Numbered from the stretch's first letter, positions 26,879 to 36,441 are shown. The stretch: 64,000 bases of DNA from an uncultured Candidatus Saccharibacteria bacterium (GCA_964461505.1 CAYWUW010000001.1:33792-97791); one strand, 5' to 3'. A program made the numbers and translations. The notes: a model not told the origin generated them from the sequence alone.

Positions 26879-28051
26879 ATGAAAACAAAAAAAGCAAAAT
26901 GGTATGTATTGGTTGGAGGAGGCTCTGGAGGGCACGTTCTACCTTTAAAAATTATTACTGAAAAACTTTTAGAAGAAGAGAAGGGGAGGCGAGTTCTAAT
27001 AATTACAGATTATAGATATTATGCAAGAACCGCAGAAATCTTGGTAGATGTTAGATCTAGATTTGGCGAAAGATTGGTTGTTAAAAAAGTTAGTTCAGGA
27101 AAGTTCAGGCGTTATTCTAGAGGTTGGCAGCGAGAAATACTAGATTTAAAAATGCAGCTGCTAAACTTAAGAGATTTGTTGAAGATGCTAGTGGGCTTTT
27201 TGCAATCAAAAATTATTCTTTTGAAGTATAAGCCGGGCGTGATTTTTTGCAAAGGCGGGAGTTCTGCTTTAGAGTTTTGCTTGGCGGCGCGGAGGAAGGC
27301 TCCAATTATTGTGCACGATTCAGATTCGCGGCCTGGGCTTGCAAACAAAATTGTGGGCAGATACGCAAAAGTTTTTATGACGGGCATGCCAAAAAGTGCC
27401 AGTGATGAGGATTTAAAAAAGGCGGTTGGAGTTCCGGTTGATGATGGGTTCAAGAATTATTCTGCCAAAGAAATAGGAGATCTAAAAAAGAAATTAAGCT
27501 TAGATGCTGCCAAAAAGATAATTTTAGTAACGGGAGGTGGATTGGGCGCGGTGCGCATCAATAGGCTTATATTTAAAACCATCGAAGATTTAACTAAGCT
27601 TAATATTACGGTTTTGCATCAAACTGGGCGCGCAGAAGAGACGGCTCTTGCCGAAAAAGCTGCTACTAAGCTTAAGCTAAAAGAACTTTATCGGCCGTTT
27701 GATTTTAGTTCTGAAATGCCAGATTTATATGCGGTGGCAGATGTGGTGGTGGCAAGAGCTGGAGCGACAACTATTCAAGAGCTTGCCAACGCTAAAAAGC
27801 CGGGTATTTTGATTCCGGCCAAGTTAACAGATCAGGTAAAGAATGGGCAAATTATTAAAGAGATGGGCGCGGCGATTGTTCTAGATGGTGATGAACTTGA
27901 GGCCAATCCGGAAAGTTTGGTGGATAATATTGAACTAATTTTTGAAGATCAGAGCGTTAAGAAGGTGATGCTAGAGGCTCTTAAAAAGCTTGAAAAAAGA
28001 GATGTGGTGAACAAAATTGTAATTAAGCTTAACGAAAATTATCTAAAATAA
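26879..28051 (+). CDS. murG: undecaprenyldiphospho-muramoylpentapeptide beta-N-acetylglucosaminyltransferase MurG
   Basis: GGGSGGHVLP, TGGGLGA, ARAGATTIQEL. Confidence 0.85.
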   Translation: MKTKKAKWYVLVGGGSGGHVLPLKIITEKLLEEEKGRRVLIITDYRYYARTAEILVDVRSRFGERLVVKKVSSGKFRRYSRGWQREILDLKMQLLNLRDLLKMLVGFLQSKIILLKYKPGVIFCKGGSSALEFCLAARRKAPIIVHDSDSRPGLANKIVGRYAKVFMTGMPKSASDEDLKKAVGVPVDDGFKNYSAKEIGDLKKKLSLDAAKKIILVTGGGLGAVRINRLIFKTIEDLTKLNITVLHQTGRAEETALAEKAATKLKLKELYRPFDFSSEMPDLYAVADVVVARAGATTIQELANAKKPGILIPAKLTDQVKNGQIIKEMGAAIVLDGDELEANPESLVDNIELIFEDQSVKKVMLEALKKLEKRDVVNKIVIKLNENYLK

Positions 28052-28058
28052 AAGTTAT

Positions 28059-29051
28059 ATGCGCCGAGTTTTACGAAGAGCAAAGATTAAGGATAAAGAT
28101 TTGGGTGAGCTAGAATCTGATTTTAAATCACAGTGGGTAAGTTCTGCTAAAAGGCGCTTGGTAGATTCTGCCAAGATGCAAAAAGAGTTGCCAAGCGCTG
28201 GAGGTTGGCGGCCAAACTTAAGTATTAATAATCTAGAACAAGAAAAAAAACGTGAAGTTGAACGAGAAATAAAAGAAAAGAATAAGCTTAGAAGGCGGCG
28301 CAAAAATACCAGAACGATTTTGAAGTTAGCTTTGTTTGGACTGCTGTTTTTGGCGGTATATTTTGGGCTGTGTTGGGGTTCTAAAAGAATGATTTATAGT
28401 GATTCTTTGGGTGGTGAGAGTGCTTATTCTAGCCAGATGCGAGAAGTTGCACAAAATGCAGTAAGGGGCGGTTTTTTAGGAAATGTTAAGCCGAGTTTTG
28501 GTAGATATCAAAAAATTGAAAAGGGGATTATGGGGCAGCATCCAGAGGTAGATGGTGTGGCGGTCAAATTTAATTTTTGGAAGATGGCAACCGAAGTTAA
28601 GCTTAAGATTGAGGTTCCGATTATCAGTTGGCAGATTTCAGCGGGTAGAACTGCCTATGTGAATGAAAAAGGGGAAGTGTTTGAACCTCCGGCTAGTTTG
28701 GTAGCGCTATTTAAGCCTCTAGAAATTGCTGGAACGGGCCTAGGGGCGACTACGGATGATTCTTTACCGGTGAATAGTGATAAATTAAGGTGGATTGTGG
28801 CTGTTGTTCCAGAGATTAGAAATGCAGGAATTGAGGCTAGCAAAGTGAACGTAGCGGGGGAGAGCTTAAAGAGCGTTGAGGTTGAGCTAAGCAGTGGTGT
28901 TAGGTTAATTTTTTCAACCGAAGAGGATCCGGTGCGGAGTGGAGTAGCGGCGGCAAAATCTGTTAAATATTTAGAGCGAACTCGTCAGGGCGGGCTAGGG
29001 GGGCTTAGTTATATCGATGTTAGTAACCCGGATAGGGTGGTTTATAAGTAG
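28059..29051 (+). CDS. ftsQ: FtsQ/DivIB-like cell-division protein
   Basis: basic N-terminus, single TM helix, extracytoplasmic domain; position after murG. Confidence 0.5.
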   Translation: MRRVLRRAKIKDKDLGELESDFKSQWVSSAKRRLVDSAKMQKELPSAGGWRPNLSINNLEQEKKREVEREIKEKNKLRRRRKNTRTILKLALFGLLFLAVYFGLCWGSKRMIYSDSLGGESAYSSQMREVAQNAVRGGFLGNVKPSFGRYQKIEKGIMGQHPEVDGVAVKFNFWKMATEVKLKIEVPIISWQISAGRTAYVNEKGEVFEPPASLVALFKPLEIAGTGLGATTDDSLPVNSDKLRWIVAVVPEIRNAGIEASKVNVAGESLKSVEVELSSGVRLIFSTEEDPVRSGVAAAKSVKYLERTRQGGLGGLSYIDVSNPDRVVYK

Positions 29052-29537
29052 GGCTCGGTTTTTTAAGGTTTGTGGAGAGAATGCTGGATCTGCTTTAGGG
29101 AATTTTGTTTTTGACTACTCTCCACTTCTCTGAGTACTATTTTTGTACTAGAATCTTTTATTGGTGTGGTTATATTCTTGCTGTTGGTTGCTTTGATAGT
29201 TAGGTTTTATATTTTTTTAAGCTTAATGTGATGGTGTAGGGTAGCGTATCTGAAAAATATACTTTGCATATTAAAAAACTATAAGTCAAATATTTAAAAC
29301 AGATATATTAAGCTTAAGTCAAATATATTATACAACTACTTATTGTGGAAAAGTCAATAATACATTTAGGCTTATTCCACGCTTTTAACAGGGGGATTGT
29401 AGCTTTGGTAAAGCACGCTCTCTCTGTGTGTGTGGTATCGTTTGTTAGTAATCTTCTTGTTAGTAATTTTATAGGGAATTTGCTCTTCTCCCCTGTAGAG
29501 AAGAGGTGTACTGAATCATCTGGTTGGAGATATTGCT

Positions 29538-29565
29538 AAGTCGTAAAATATACATTGTGCGACGT
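29538..29565. other. dif-like 11-6-11 recombinase-type site (candidate)
   Basis: AAGTCGTAAAA-TATACA-TTGTGCGACGT. Arms are 7/9 inverted repeats, and the central TGTATA equals the E. coli dif spacer. Lies in the gap where gene orientation converges. Confidence 0.4.
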
Positions 29566-29769
29566 TTGATATTAAACTTAAGTTCTATTCAATGTGACTG
29601 TTCTACTCTAGATTCTTTTGTGAGTTTTTTGTTTTTAGTTCTGCAATTTGTAATTTTTTATTGCTACTCTTTCTGTAGTTAAACTATTAAGCTTAAGTTG
29701 GCATGGGAATTGCCTACTTTGGGAGTTTGCAGATTTGCCTGCTTTGTTAAGCTTAAGTATTCAAGTGTA

Positions 29770-30461
29770 CTATGTTTGTACTGGTGTAATCAACTTTCCT
29801 ATAAGATGTGCACTTGCTAGCGCTGCCCTATCTGGGCGCGTGAAGGATTGGGTGGACCATTTATATGGATTCTGATTGTTTATATTCAAAAATCCTATTC
29901 GAAATAAATGCTGTAAAACTGGGGCTGCAGTTAATTTTAGTGCTATAGCTTCGGTATCATTCGAGTTAATGTATAAATACCACCAAGTTAGGAGTGTGTC
30001 GCCAGCTAAGCCTAGTGGGCTAGCCTCGTTCTGCCAAATGTTTTTTGCTAGCTGAGTCCTTAGGCTTCTATCAAGTGCGCTTACTGATTCTGGCGGCTCA
30101 TTTTGATTGATGTAGAGGGCAACACTTCTCCAATCGAAGAAGCCGTAAGGATCTTTAAAGCGGTCGTGGGTTTGTTCTAATTGTGAAGGTTTGGCTTTTG
30201 TGGCTACTTTTGCACGAGTTGCGCTTAAAGTTCCATCCAGATTAACCTTAAAACCTGCTGGAGTGTAGGTGGTTTGTTCGCCTTCGTAAGATCCTAAGCT
30301 TAAGTGCCCGACCCCCCCCAATGCATAACTTTCAGGGTTCGATCAGCATTGATTTGCAGGCTATCTGGATCTATGCCTGGTACGTTGAATTCTAGAAGGC
30401 TGATCTTGCCCTCGGTGCGTTCGGCGGCCTGTATAATAGGGATTGTTCCGAGTCGTTCCAT
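29770..30461 (-). pseudogene. Hsp20-like N-terminus plus unknown domain, split by a frameshift at a G8 tract
   Basis: ATG 30461 ORF (MERLGT..EFNVPGIDPDSLQINADRTLKV) stops 53 codons in. The 183-aa ORF continues in another frame across C8 at 30312-30319. Confidence 0.6.
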
Positions 30462-30492
30462 CTTTGATATTAAGTTTTAAGCTTAGCGATAT

Positions 30493-31551
30493 TTATTCGG
30501 CGAGTTGGAAGGTGGCGGTTGCGACGCGCTTGAATTTTGGTTTGGATTGAAGATTTAAGACGATGGTTGTTTCGCGAACTTGGCGATATCTTAATACTCC
30601 ACGAATAATCTCATCTCTGTGCATCGGTTTGTTATCGTTATCTTTCAAAACTTTTTCGATAACATCTTCAACTGTTCCTTCGATGTGTCCCCATTCTTTA
30701 AGTGCGTATCGGCCGCGTCCAACTAAAACGTAGCGTGCGTCGCGAATAAGTTCGTTGTGGGTGGCTTGAATTGTAAAGTTACGCTTGGCAAAGGTTGGAT
30801 CGTTTTGAATGGCTTGGTAAATTTCGCTAAAGTGCATTGGTTCCTTTTTCTCGCTTAAAACGATGTAGATTTTATCTTTAATGCTTTTAGGATTAACAGA
30901 AGACCAGCTTTTTAGACCCCAGAGGCCTTTTCTTTCGTAGGTGTTGTTAGAAACAAGAATTTTGGTTTCGATTTCTTCTTCTGATTCTTTGAGGTTGTAA
31001 GACTTTTTAAGTTCAGAGATAGAAATTGGCTTTTTGTTTTCGGTTAGAACATTGACGATGCGGTCAACCTCTTTTAGAGCTTCGGATGGGCTTTTGTAGT
31101 GATTGGCTAAAACAGCGCTAGAGGTGTAATTATCAGATTCTTCGATAAGCATTAGGCGGCTTGAAATAAGTGCGATGAATGAGTTTTGGGCTATAACTTC
31201 TTTGCTCTCGCCTTCTGAGGCTAGAACTCCGAGTTGCTTGATGGCGCAGATTCCGCCTCTTGATTCGATTAATTTGGCAAGTTTATCTTCGTATGCTGCA
31301 AAGCCTTCTAATTTGCCTTCTTCGGCTTTAACTTGGAGGCGGATGACGATTCCTTTTTCTAGCTGACGGATGCGTTCTCTGGTTACGCCGTATTCTTTGC
31401 CGATTGCATCAAGAGTCTTTTTTTTGCCGCCGAGGCCAAATCTACCGGTGATGATGTCGCGTTCGCGATCTTTGTATAAATCTTCTAAGATGCTGCTTAC
31501 GAGTTTGGTCAACTCGGTTTTTTGTGCTTCGGTGTTATTTTTTTCTGCCAT
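30493..31551 (-). CDS. sigma-70 region-4-like HTH protein with C-terminal HARE-HTH-like domain
   Basis: GKEYGVTRERIRQLEKGIVIRL resembles sigma region 4.2; C-terminal IYIVLSEKKEPMHFSEIYQAI resembles HARE-HTH. Confidence 0.55.
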   Translation of the reverse strand: MAEKNNTEAQKTELTKLVSSILEDLYKDRERDIITGRFGLGGKKKTLDAIGKEYGVTRERIRQLEKGIVIRLQVKAEEGKLEGFAAYEDKLAKLIESRGGICAIKQLGVLASEGESKEVIAQNSFIALISSRLMLIEESDNYTSSAVLANHYKSPSEALKEVDRIVNVLTENKKPISISELKKSYNLKESEEEIETKILVSNNTYERKGLWGLKSWSSVNPKSIKDKIYIVLSEKKEPMHFSEIYQAIQNDPTFAKRNFTIQATHNELIRDARYVLVGRGRYALKEWGHIEGTVEDVIEKVLKDNDNKPMHRDEIIRGVLRYRQVRETTIVLNLQSKPKFKRVATATFQLAE

Positions 31552-31842
31552 AGTTTGATTACTCTCTTTTCTCTGCTCTGTTCTTTTTTGCTAAACTTAA
31601 TTTATCTAGCCAGAAATGCCAATTTACTTATGTTAATATAGACATCTCACTCACCTTTGTTGTATTAATATTATCATAGATCTTGCTGATAGTGCAAGCT
31701 CTTTGGCACATAATGTAAAAAATATCACTATTTTGAAGAGTTTAAGCTTAGAACATGCCAGTTCCCTGCTCTTTTGAGTTTGATTATGTAGCATCGTTCA
31801 GAATGCGTGTAGGTGAGCTGGGGCTATAGAGTATCTAGAGTA

Positions 31843-31876
31843 CCCTCACCTAGCCTCTCCCTAGGAGGGAGAGGGA
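31843..31876 (+). repeat. hairpin repeat family G
   Basis: CCCTCACCTAGCCTCTCCCTAGGAGGGAGAGGGA; near-copy inside a CDS at 40516. Confidence 0.75.
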
Positions 31877-31908
31877 TGGATTCCGGTTTCTCGGTGATAA
31901 GAGGCCTT

Positions 31909-34194
31909 TTATTTTTTGGTGGGGAATCTTCTTCTTTTGGGTTTTGCTGGGGCTTTGGCTAGAATTTCTTTGGCTTGTTCTTCGGTGATGTCTTTTGGTT
32001 CTAAATCTTTAGGAATCTTGGCGTTCTTCTTAAGCTTAACGTCTTTAATGTATGGCCCGTATGGTCCGTTAATAATTTGAATATTTCCCCAATCGGCAAC
32101 GTATTTGTTTTTTTCTTTTTCGATGTTTTCTTCAATTAGCGGAATTGCTTCTTCTAGCGTGATGGCGTGCATATCGTGGCCTTTGATGCTGATGAATTTT
32201 CCGGCGTGCATTAAATATGGGCCGAAACGTCCGATATTAACCTTAACCTCTTCTTTTTGGAATTCACCGATGGTTTTGGGCAACTTAAACATCTCTAGAG
32301 CTTCTTCTAGCGTTACATCAGAAATCTGCCTTCCGGCTGGCATGTTGGCAAAAGCTGGTTTTTCTTCATCTTCGACAGTTCCAATTTGGAGCATCGGGCC
32401 AAAACGGCCAATTCTGGCAATAACTGGCTTTTTAGTTTTTGGATCTTCACCCAGGATTCTTTGGCCAACATCGCTACGCTTAACATCGCTTAAGCCTTCG
32501 ACATCTTTATGAAAGCCTTTGTAAAAATCTGCAATAACGTTTTGCCATTTGTGTTTGCCTTCGGCAATTTGATCAAATTTGGCTTCCATTTCGGCGGTAA
32601 ATTGGTAATCCATAATGTCGGGCATGTTCTTGTTTAAAAAATCTGTTACAACGATGGCGGTATCCGTTGGAAAGAGCTTGCCTCTATCTGCGCCAATGTT
32701 AATAGTTTCGATTTCTTCGCTAACCTTATCTTTATTAAGCTTAAGGAATTTAAGTTCAGTCGGAGTTCCTTCTTTATCGGCGCGTTCGATGTAGCCTCTA
32801 TTTTGGATTGTGCTAAGCGTTGGGGCATAAGTTGAAGGTCGGCCGATGCCGAGTTCTTCTAATTTTTTGATTAAGCTGGCCTCTGTAAAGCGGCCGGGTT
32901 TTTTGCCAAAATTGAGGTGAGCTTCGGCTTCATCTAGCTTAACCTCATCTCCAGAACTTAAGTTTGGCAAAATGCTGTCAGAGCCGCTTCTGCCGTAAGC
33001 TTTGATAAAACCTTCAAAAACTAGAACTTCTCCGTTGGCTTCAAAAACTTCGCTAGAGTTAGGGCTCTTAAGTTTAATAACTGTTTTTTCTAGTTTTGCT
33101 GGAGCCATTTGGCTGGCGACAGTTCTTCTCCAAATTAAGTTGTAGAGCCTTTTTTGGTATTCATCGGCTCCGGCGAGTTCTTTTGTAAAATCTGTTGGGC
33201 GGATGGCTTCGTGGGCTTCTTGAGCTCCGGCGCTTTTAGCTTTATAGCGCGTGATGTTTAAATATTCTGGGCCGAATTTTTTAGGAATTAGATCTTCTAG
33301 GTTTTTGATAGCTTGTTCGCTTAAGTTTAGGCTGTCGGTACGCATGTAGGTAATGAGGCCGGCTTCGTAGAGCCTTTGAGCGTTGCTCATCGTATTTTTG
33401 GGGCTCATGCCTAAAGTTTGGCTGGCAGCTTGTTGTAAACTAGAGGTTGTAAACGGAGCTGCTGGAGTTTTTTTGCCTGGTTTTTGAGTTATATCGGTAA
33501 CTTGAAGAGAACCTCCGGCGATAGCCTCTAAAATATTTCTGGCTTCTTTAATTGTTTTGAGTTTTTTGCTTAAAACGGCTTCGAACTGTTCTTTTTTGGC
33601 TGAGACGTTAAGCTTAATTTTGTAGTACTCTTCAGTTTGGTGATTCTTGATTTCTTCTTCGCGTTCAACTACCAGCCTAACAGCAACACTTTGAACTCGG
33701 CCCGCGCTTAGGCCTTTGGTAATTTTGCGCTGGAGCATTGGGCTGAGTTCGTAGCCGACAATTCTATCTAGAATCCTTCTAGCCTGTTGGGCATCAACTA
33801 GCTTTTCATCAATATCTCTGGGGTTTTTAACAGCGTGCTGGATGGCGCTTTCTGTTATTTCGTGAAAAACGATTCTTCTGCGATTCTCGGGCTTAAGTTT
33901 AAGAATTTCGGCCAAGTGCCAAGAAATAGCCTCCCCTTCTCTATCTTCATCGCTTGCCAACCAAACTAAATCTACATTTTTGGCAGCACGTTTTAGTTCG
34001 GCAACGGTCTTCTTTTTTTCTGGAGAAACCTCGTAGTTGGGCTCAAAATTATTGGCGATATCTATATTCATGCCTTTTGAAGGCAGATCTCGAATATGCC
34101 CAAAGCTAGATTTAACCTCAAAATCGCTTCCTAAATATTTTTGGATAGTTTTTGCTTTAGCGGGGCTTTCGACGATAACTAGGTTTTTGGGCAT
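31909..34194 (-). CDS. topA: DNA topoisomerase I
   Basis: MPKNLVIVESPAKAKTIQKYLG Toprim start, YMRTDS active-site region. Confidence 0.93.
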   Translation of the reverse strand: MPKNLVIVESPAKAKTIQKYLGSDFEVKSSFGHIRDLPSKGMNIDIANNFEPNYEVSPEKKKTVAELKRAAKNVDLVWLASDEDREGEAISWHLAEILKLKPENRRRIVFHEITESAIQHAVKNPRDIDEKLVDAQQARRILDRIVGYELSPMLQRKITKGLSAGRVQSVAVRLVVEREEEIKNHQTEEYYKIKLNVSAKKEQFEAVLSKKLKTIKEARNILEAIAGGSLQVTDITQKPGKKTPAAPFTTSSLQQAASQTLGMSPKNTMSNAQRLYEAGLITYMRTDSLNLSEQAIKNLEDLIPKKFGPEYLNITRYKAKSAGAQEAHEAIRPTDFTKELAGADEYQKRLYNLIWRRTVASQMAPAKLEKTVIKLKSPNSSEVFEANGEVLVFEGFIKAYGRSGSDSILPNLSSGDEVKLDEAEAHLNFGKKPGRFTEASLIKKLEELGIGRPSTYAPTLSTIQNRGYIERADKEGTPTELKFLKLNKDKVSEEIETINIGADRGKLFPTDTAIVVTDFLNKNMPDIMDYQFTAEMEAKFDQIAEGKHKWQNVIADFYKGFHKDVEGLSDVKRSDVGQRILGEDPKTKKPVIARIGRFGPMLQIGTVEDEEKPAFANMPAGRQISDVTLEEALEMFKLPKTIGEFQKEEVKVNIGRFGPYLMHAGKFISIKGHDMHAITLEEAIPLIEENIEKEKNKYVADWGNIQIINGPYGPYIKDVKLKKNAKIPKDLEPKDITEEQAKEILAKAPAKPKRRRFPTKK

Positions 34195-34291
34195 CTATAA
34201 ATATAAAAAATTCTAACAGTGTATACGGATAATAATAGATTAAGCTTAATTTAGTCAAGCTTTTTAAAATCTAAAACTAAAAAATGTTTTT

Positions 34292-34300
34292 TGTTATAAT
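34292..34300 (+). promoter_or_regulatory. extended -10 box TGTTATAAT
   Basis: followed by AAGCTTAAGCTTAA; upstream of ATG 34358. Confidence 0.45.
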
Positions 34301-34357
34301 AAGCTTAAGCTTAAAATAAGTTTAGCGCAAAAGTACAGTTAATTATAGAAAAGTTTT

Positions 34358-35572
34358 ATGCAGCCCGAAGATAATCTAACTCCAAATGTTAATTCTAGCT
34401 CTAATACCAACCCGGTTCCGGCTGCAGATTCGGCGGGTGGGCAGGCTCCGATAGTTCCAAATTTGGTTCCAGATCAAACTAACTTAACAAGTGCACCGAT
34501 GGCTGATTCGGCTGGGGCAAGCTCTGCTGATGCTGTGGGCGGTTATGCTGCTTCTGTTCAGAATGGTTCTATGCAAGATGCTTCTACTCAAAACACATCT
34601 ACTCAAAATGCTTTTGTTCAAGGTTCTGTCAGCGATATGAACTTTAACACCGGGCAAGCTCCGGTTGATAGTGGAGGCGCGAATGATTTAATGGGGGCTG
34701 GAGTGATTTCTCCAACGGATACGGGAAGTTTTATGCAAGAACCTACCCCTGCGCCAGAACCTGCCAAAAAAGGTGGGGCAAAAAAGATTCTGGCCTTGGT
34801 TGGTGTAGTTGTGGTTGTGTTGGTTCTTGTTCTTGGGGCGGCTTTGTTCTATTTAAAATCTCAAAGAACTAGCGCACAAACCTTAAAAACTTTTAGTGAT
34901 TCAACTTCTGCTTTAACAGATGAGGGAACGGATCTTTCTTCTGCGATTTCTAAAACAACTTATGCGAGTTCTACTAGCACCGAAAGTGTAGATTTAGAAG
35001 CTGATGTTAAGGCTTTTGATGAGGCGGTTACAAAGTTTGAAGATGCAACGAAGAATTTAAAATCTGATAAAAAGGCTCTAAAAGATGCGGCGTTTGCGTA
35101 TATTACAGAGATAAAATCTTACAAAAAAGAGGTGATATCTTTAGCGGTAGATAATGCTAAAATTCAAGCGGTAATGAAGAATGCAAGCGGCGAGCAGTTT
35201 GCGGCTACATCTGGTGCTGCAGCTTTTGCAACCGAGGCAGATAGAGTTTCGGCCATTTATATAAAGGCGGCGCAAGATCTAAAAGATTTAAGCTTAAGCA
35301 ACGAAACGGCCAAGCAGTTAAGAGATTTATATATTGCCTTTTTAGGCGAAATGCAAACATCTTTAAAAAATATGAAAGAGGCATCAAATACAGGTAATAG
35401 AACCGCTTTGCTGGAGGAAAGTTCTAAAGTTAGCGAACTTGCTAGATCACATCCGGCAATTGCTAAAGAGAATGAGGTAGAAGAAACTTTGAGTATCAAT
35501 GGTGATGCTTATAAAAAGCTAGAAGATGCCCGCGCTAAGCTTAATGAAGAGATTGCGAAGGTTAGGTATTAG
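34358..35572 (+). CDS. membrane-anchored protein with low-complexity N-terminus, hypothetical
   Basis: Ser/Asn/Gln-rich N-terminus, one TM helix (ILALVGVVVVVLVLVLGAALFY), helical C-terminus. Confidence 0.5.
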   Translation: MQPEDNLTPNVNSSSNTNPVPAADSAGGQAPIVPNLVPDQTNLTSAPMADSAGASSADAVGGYAASVQNGSMQDASTQNTSTQNAFVQGSVSDMNFNTGQAPVDSGGANDLMGAGVISPTDTGSFMQEPTPAPEPAKKGGAKKILALVGVVVVVLVLVLGAALFYLKSQRTSAQTLKTFSDSTSALTDEGTDLSSAISKTTYASSTSTESVDLEADVKAFDEAVTKFEDATKNLKSDKKALKDAAFAYITEIKSYKKEVISLAVDNAKIQAVMKNASGEQFAATSGAAAFATEADRVSAIYIKAAQDLKDLSLSNETAKQLRDLYIAFLGEMQTSLKNMKEASNTGNRTALLEESSKVSELARSHPAIAKENEVEETLSINGDAYKKLEDARAKLNEEIAKVRY

Positions 35573-35577
35573 CAGCT

Positions 35578-36441
35578 TTAGGCGATATCCCATTGGCCAG
35601 GAGCGATTTGTTGGATAACTCCTTTAATTTCGAGCATGGTTAAAGTAGAAGAAAATTCGGTGGTGCTCTGCCCTGTTTGGAGGTGTAGTTCATCAGCGGA
35701 ATGAGTTCCGGTTTTAATAAGCTTAAGTAGCTCGGCTTCGTTATGATTTTCTGGTTGATACTGCTTTAGTTTGCTGGCTTTAGTGTTCATGCCGAGTGCT
35801 TCAAGAACATCTGCGGCAGATGTTACTGGCACAGCCCCTTGCTTAATTAAGTTGTTTGGGCCGGCGCTCATGGGGTTATCGATGGCGCCTGGAACAGCGA
35901 GAACAAGACGGTTTTGTTCTAGTGCAAATTGAGCTGTAATTAGAGTTCCGCTTTTAGCTGCACATTCTACAATTAAAACAGCCTCGCTGATTCCGCTTTG
36001 AATTCGGTTTCTGGCAATAAAATTTTGCTTGAGTGGAGGCATGCCTTGTTCGTATTCTGTAATGATGGTTCCGCCGTTCAAAAGGATGCGCTGGGCTAAA
36101 TTAAGGTTAGTAACTGGGTAGATCTGATCGATTCCGCTTGCCATGATGGCGATAGTTTTGCCACCGGCATCAAGAGCTGCTTTGTGAGCTAAGCCGTCGA
36201 TTCCGATGGCTAGGCCGCTGACGATGGCTATGCCGGAGGCGGCGAGTTCTTGCACAAGCTGATTAACAATCTTAATTCCATATCTGGTTGGCTTGCGAGA
36301 ACCTACTACAGTAAGGTATTTTTCGGTTGGGTTAAGCTTAGCTCCCTTTAACCATAAGCGTTGTGGTGGATAAGCTATTTCTTTCAGTAGTGTTGGATAT
36401 TCTAGTGATTTGTTTGTAATTTGGCGGATTGGTATTGGCAT
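35578..36441 (-). CDS. dprA: DNA-processing protein DprA (Smf)
   Basis: VVGSRKPTRYG, SGLAIGIDGLAHKAAL, VPGAIDNPMSAGPNNLI. Confidence 0.88.
   Translation of the reverse strand: MPIPIRQITNKSLEYPTLLKEIAYPPQRLWLKGAKLNPTEKYLTVVGSRKPTRYGIKIVNQLVQELAASGIAIVSGLAIGIDGLAHKAALDAGGKTIAIMASGIDQIYPVTNLNLAQRILLNGGTIITEYEQGMPPLKQNFIARNRIQSGISEAVLIVECAAKSGTLITAQFALEQNRLVLAVPGAIDNPMSAGPNNLIKQGAVPVTSAADVLEALGMNTKASKLKQYQPENHNEAELLKLIKTGTHSADELHLQTGQSTTEFSSTLTMLEIKGVIQQIAPGQWDIA

Noticed and set aside
29345-29539. 64-aa ORF in the convergence gap
   Set aside because: It has a non-ATG start, no ribosome-binding site and a hydrophobic low-complexity sequence, and it ends exactly at the dif-like site. It is probably fortuitous.
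29052-29769. Replication origin (AT-rich gap with TGTGG-containing DnaA-box-like 9-mers and iterated boxes)
   Set aside because: Flanking genes converge on the gap rather than diverge from it. No dnaA or dnaN is adjacent, and the DnaA-box matches are only about 7/9. A terminus with a dif-like site fits better.
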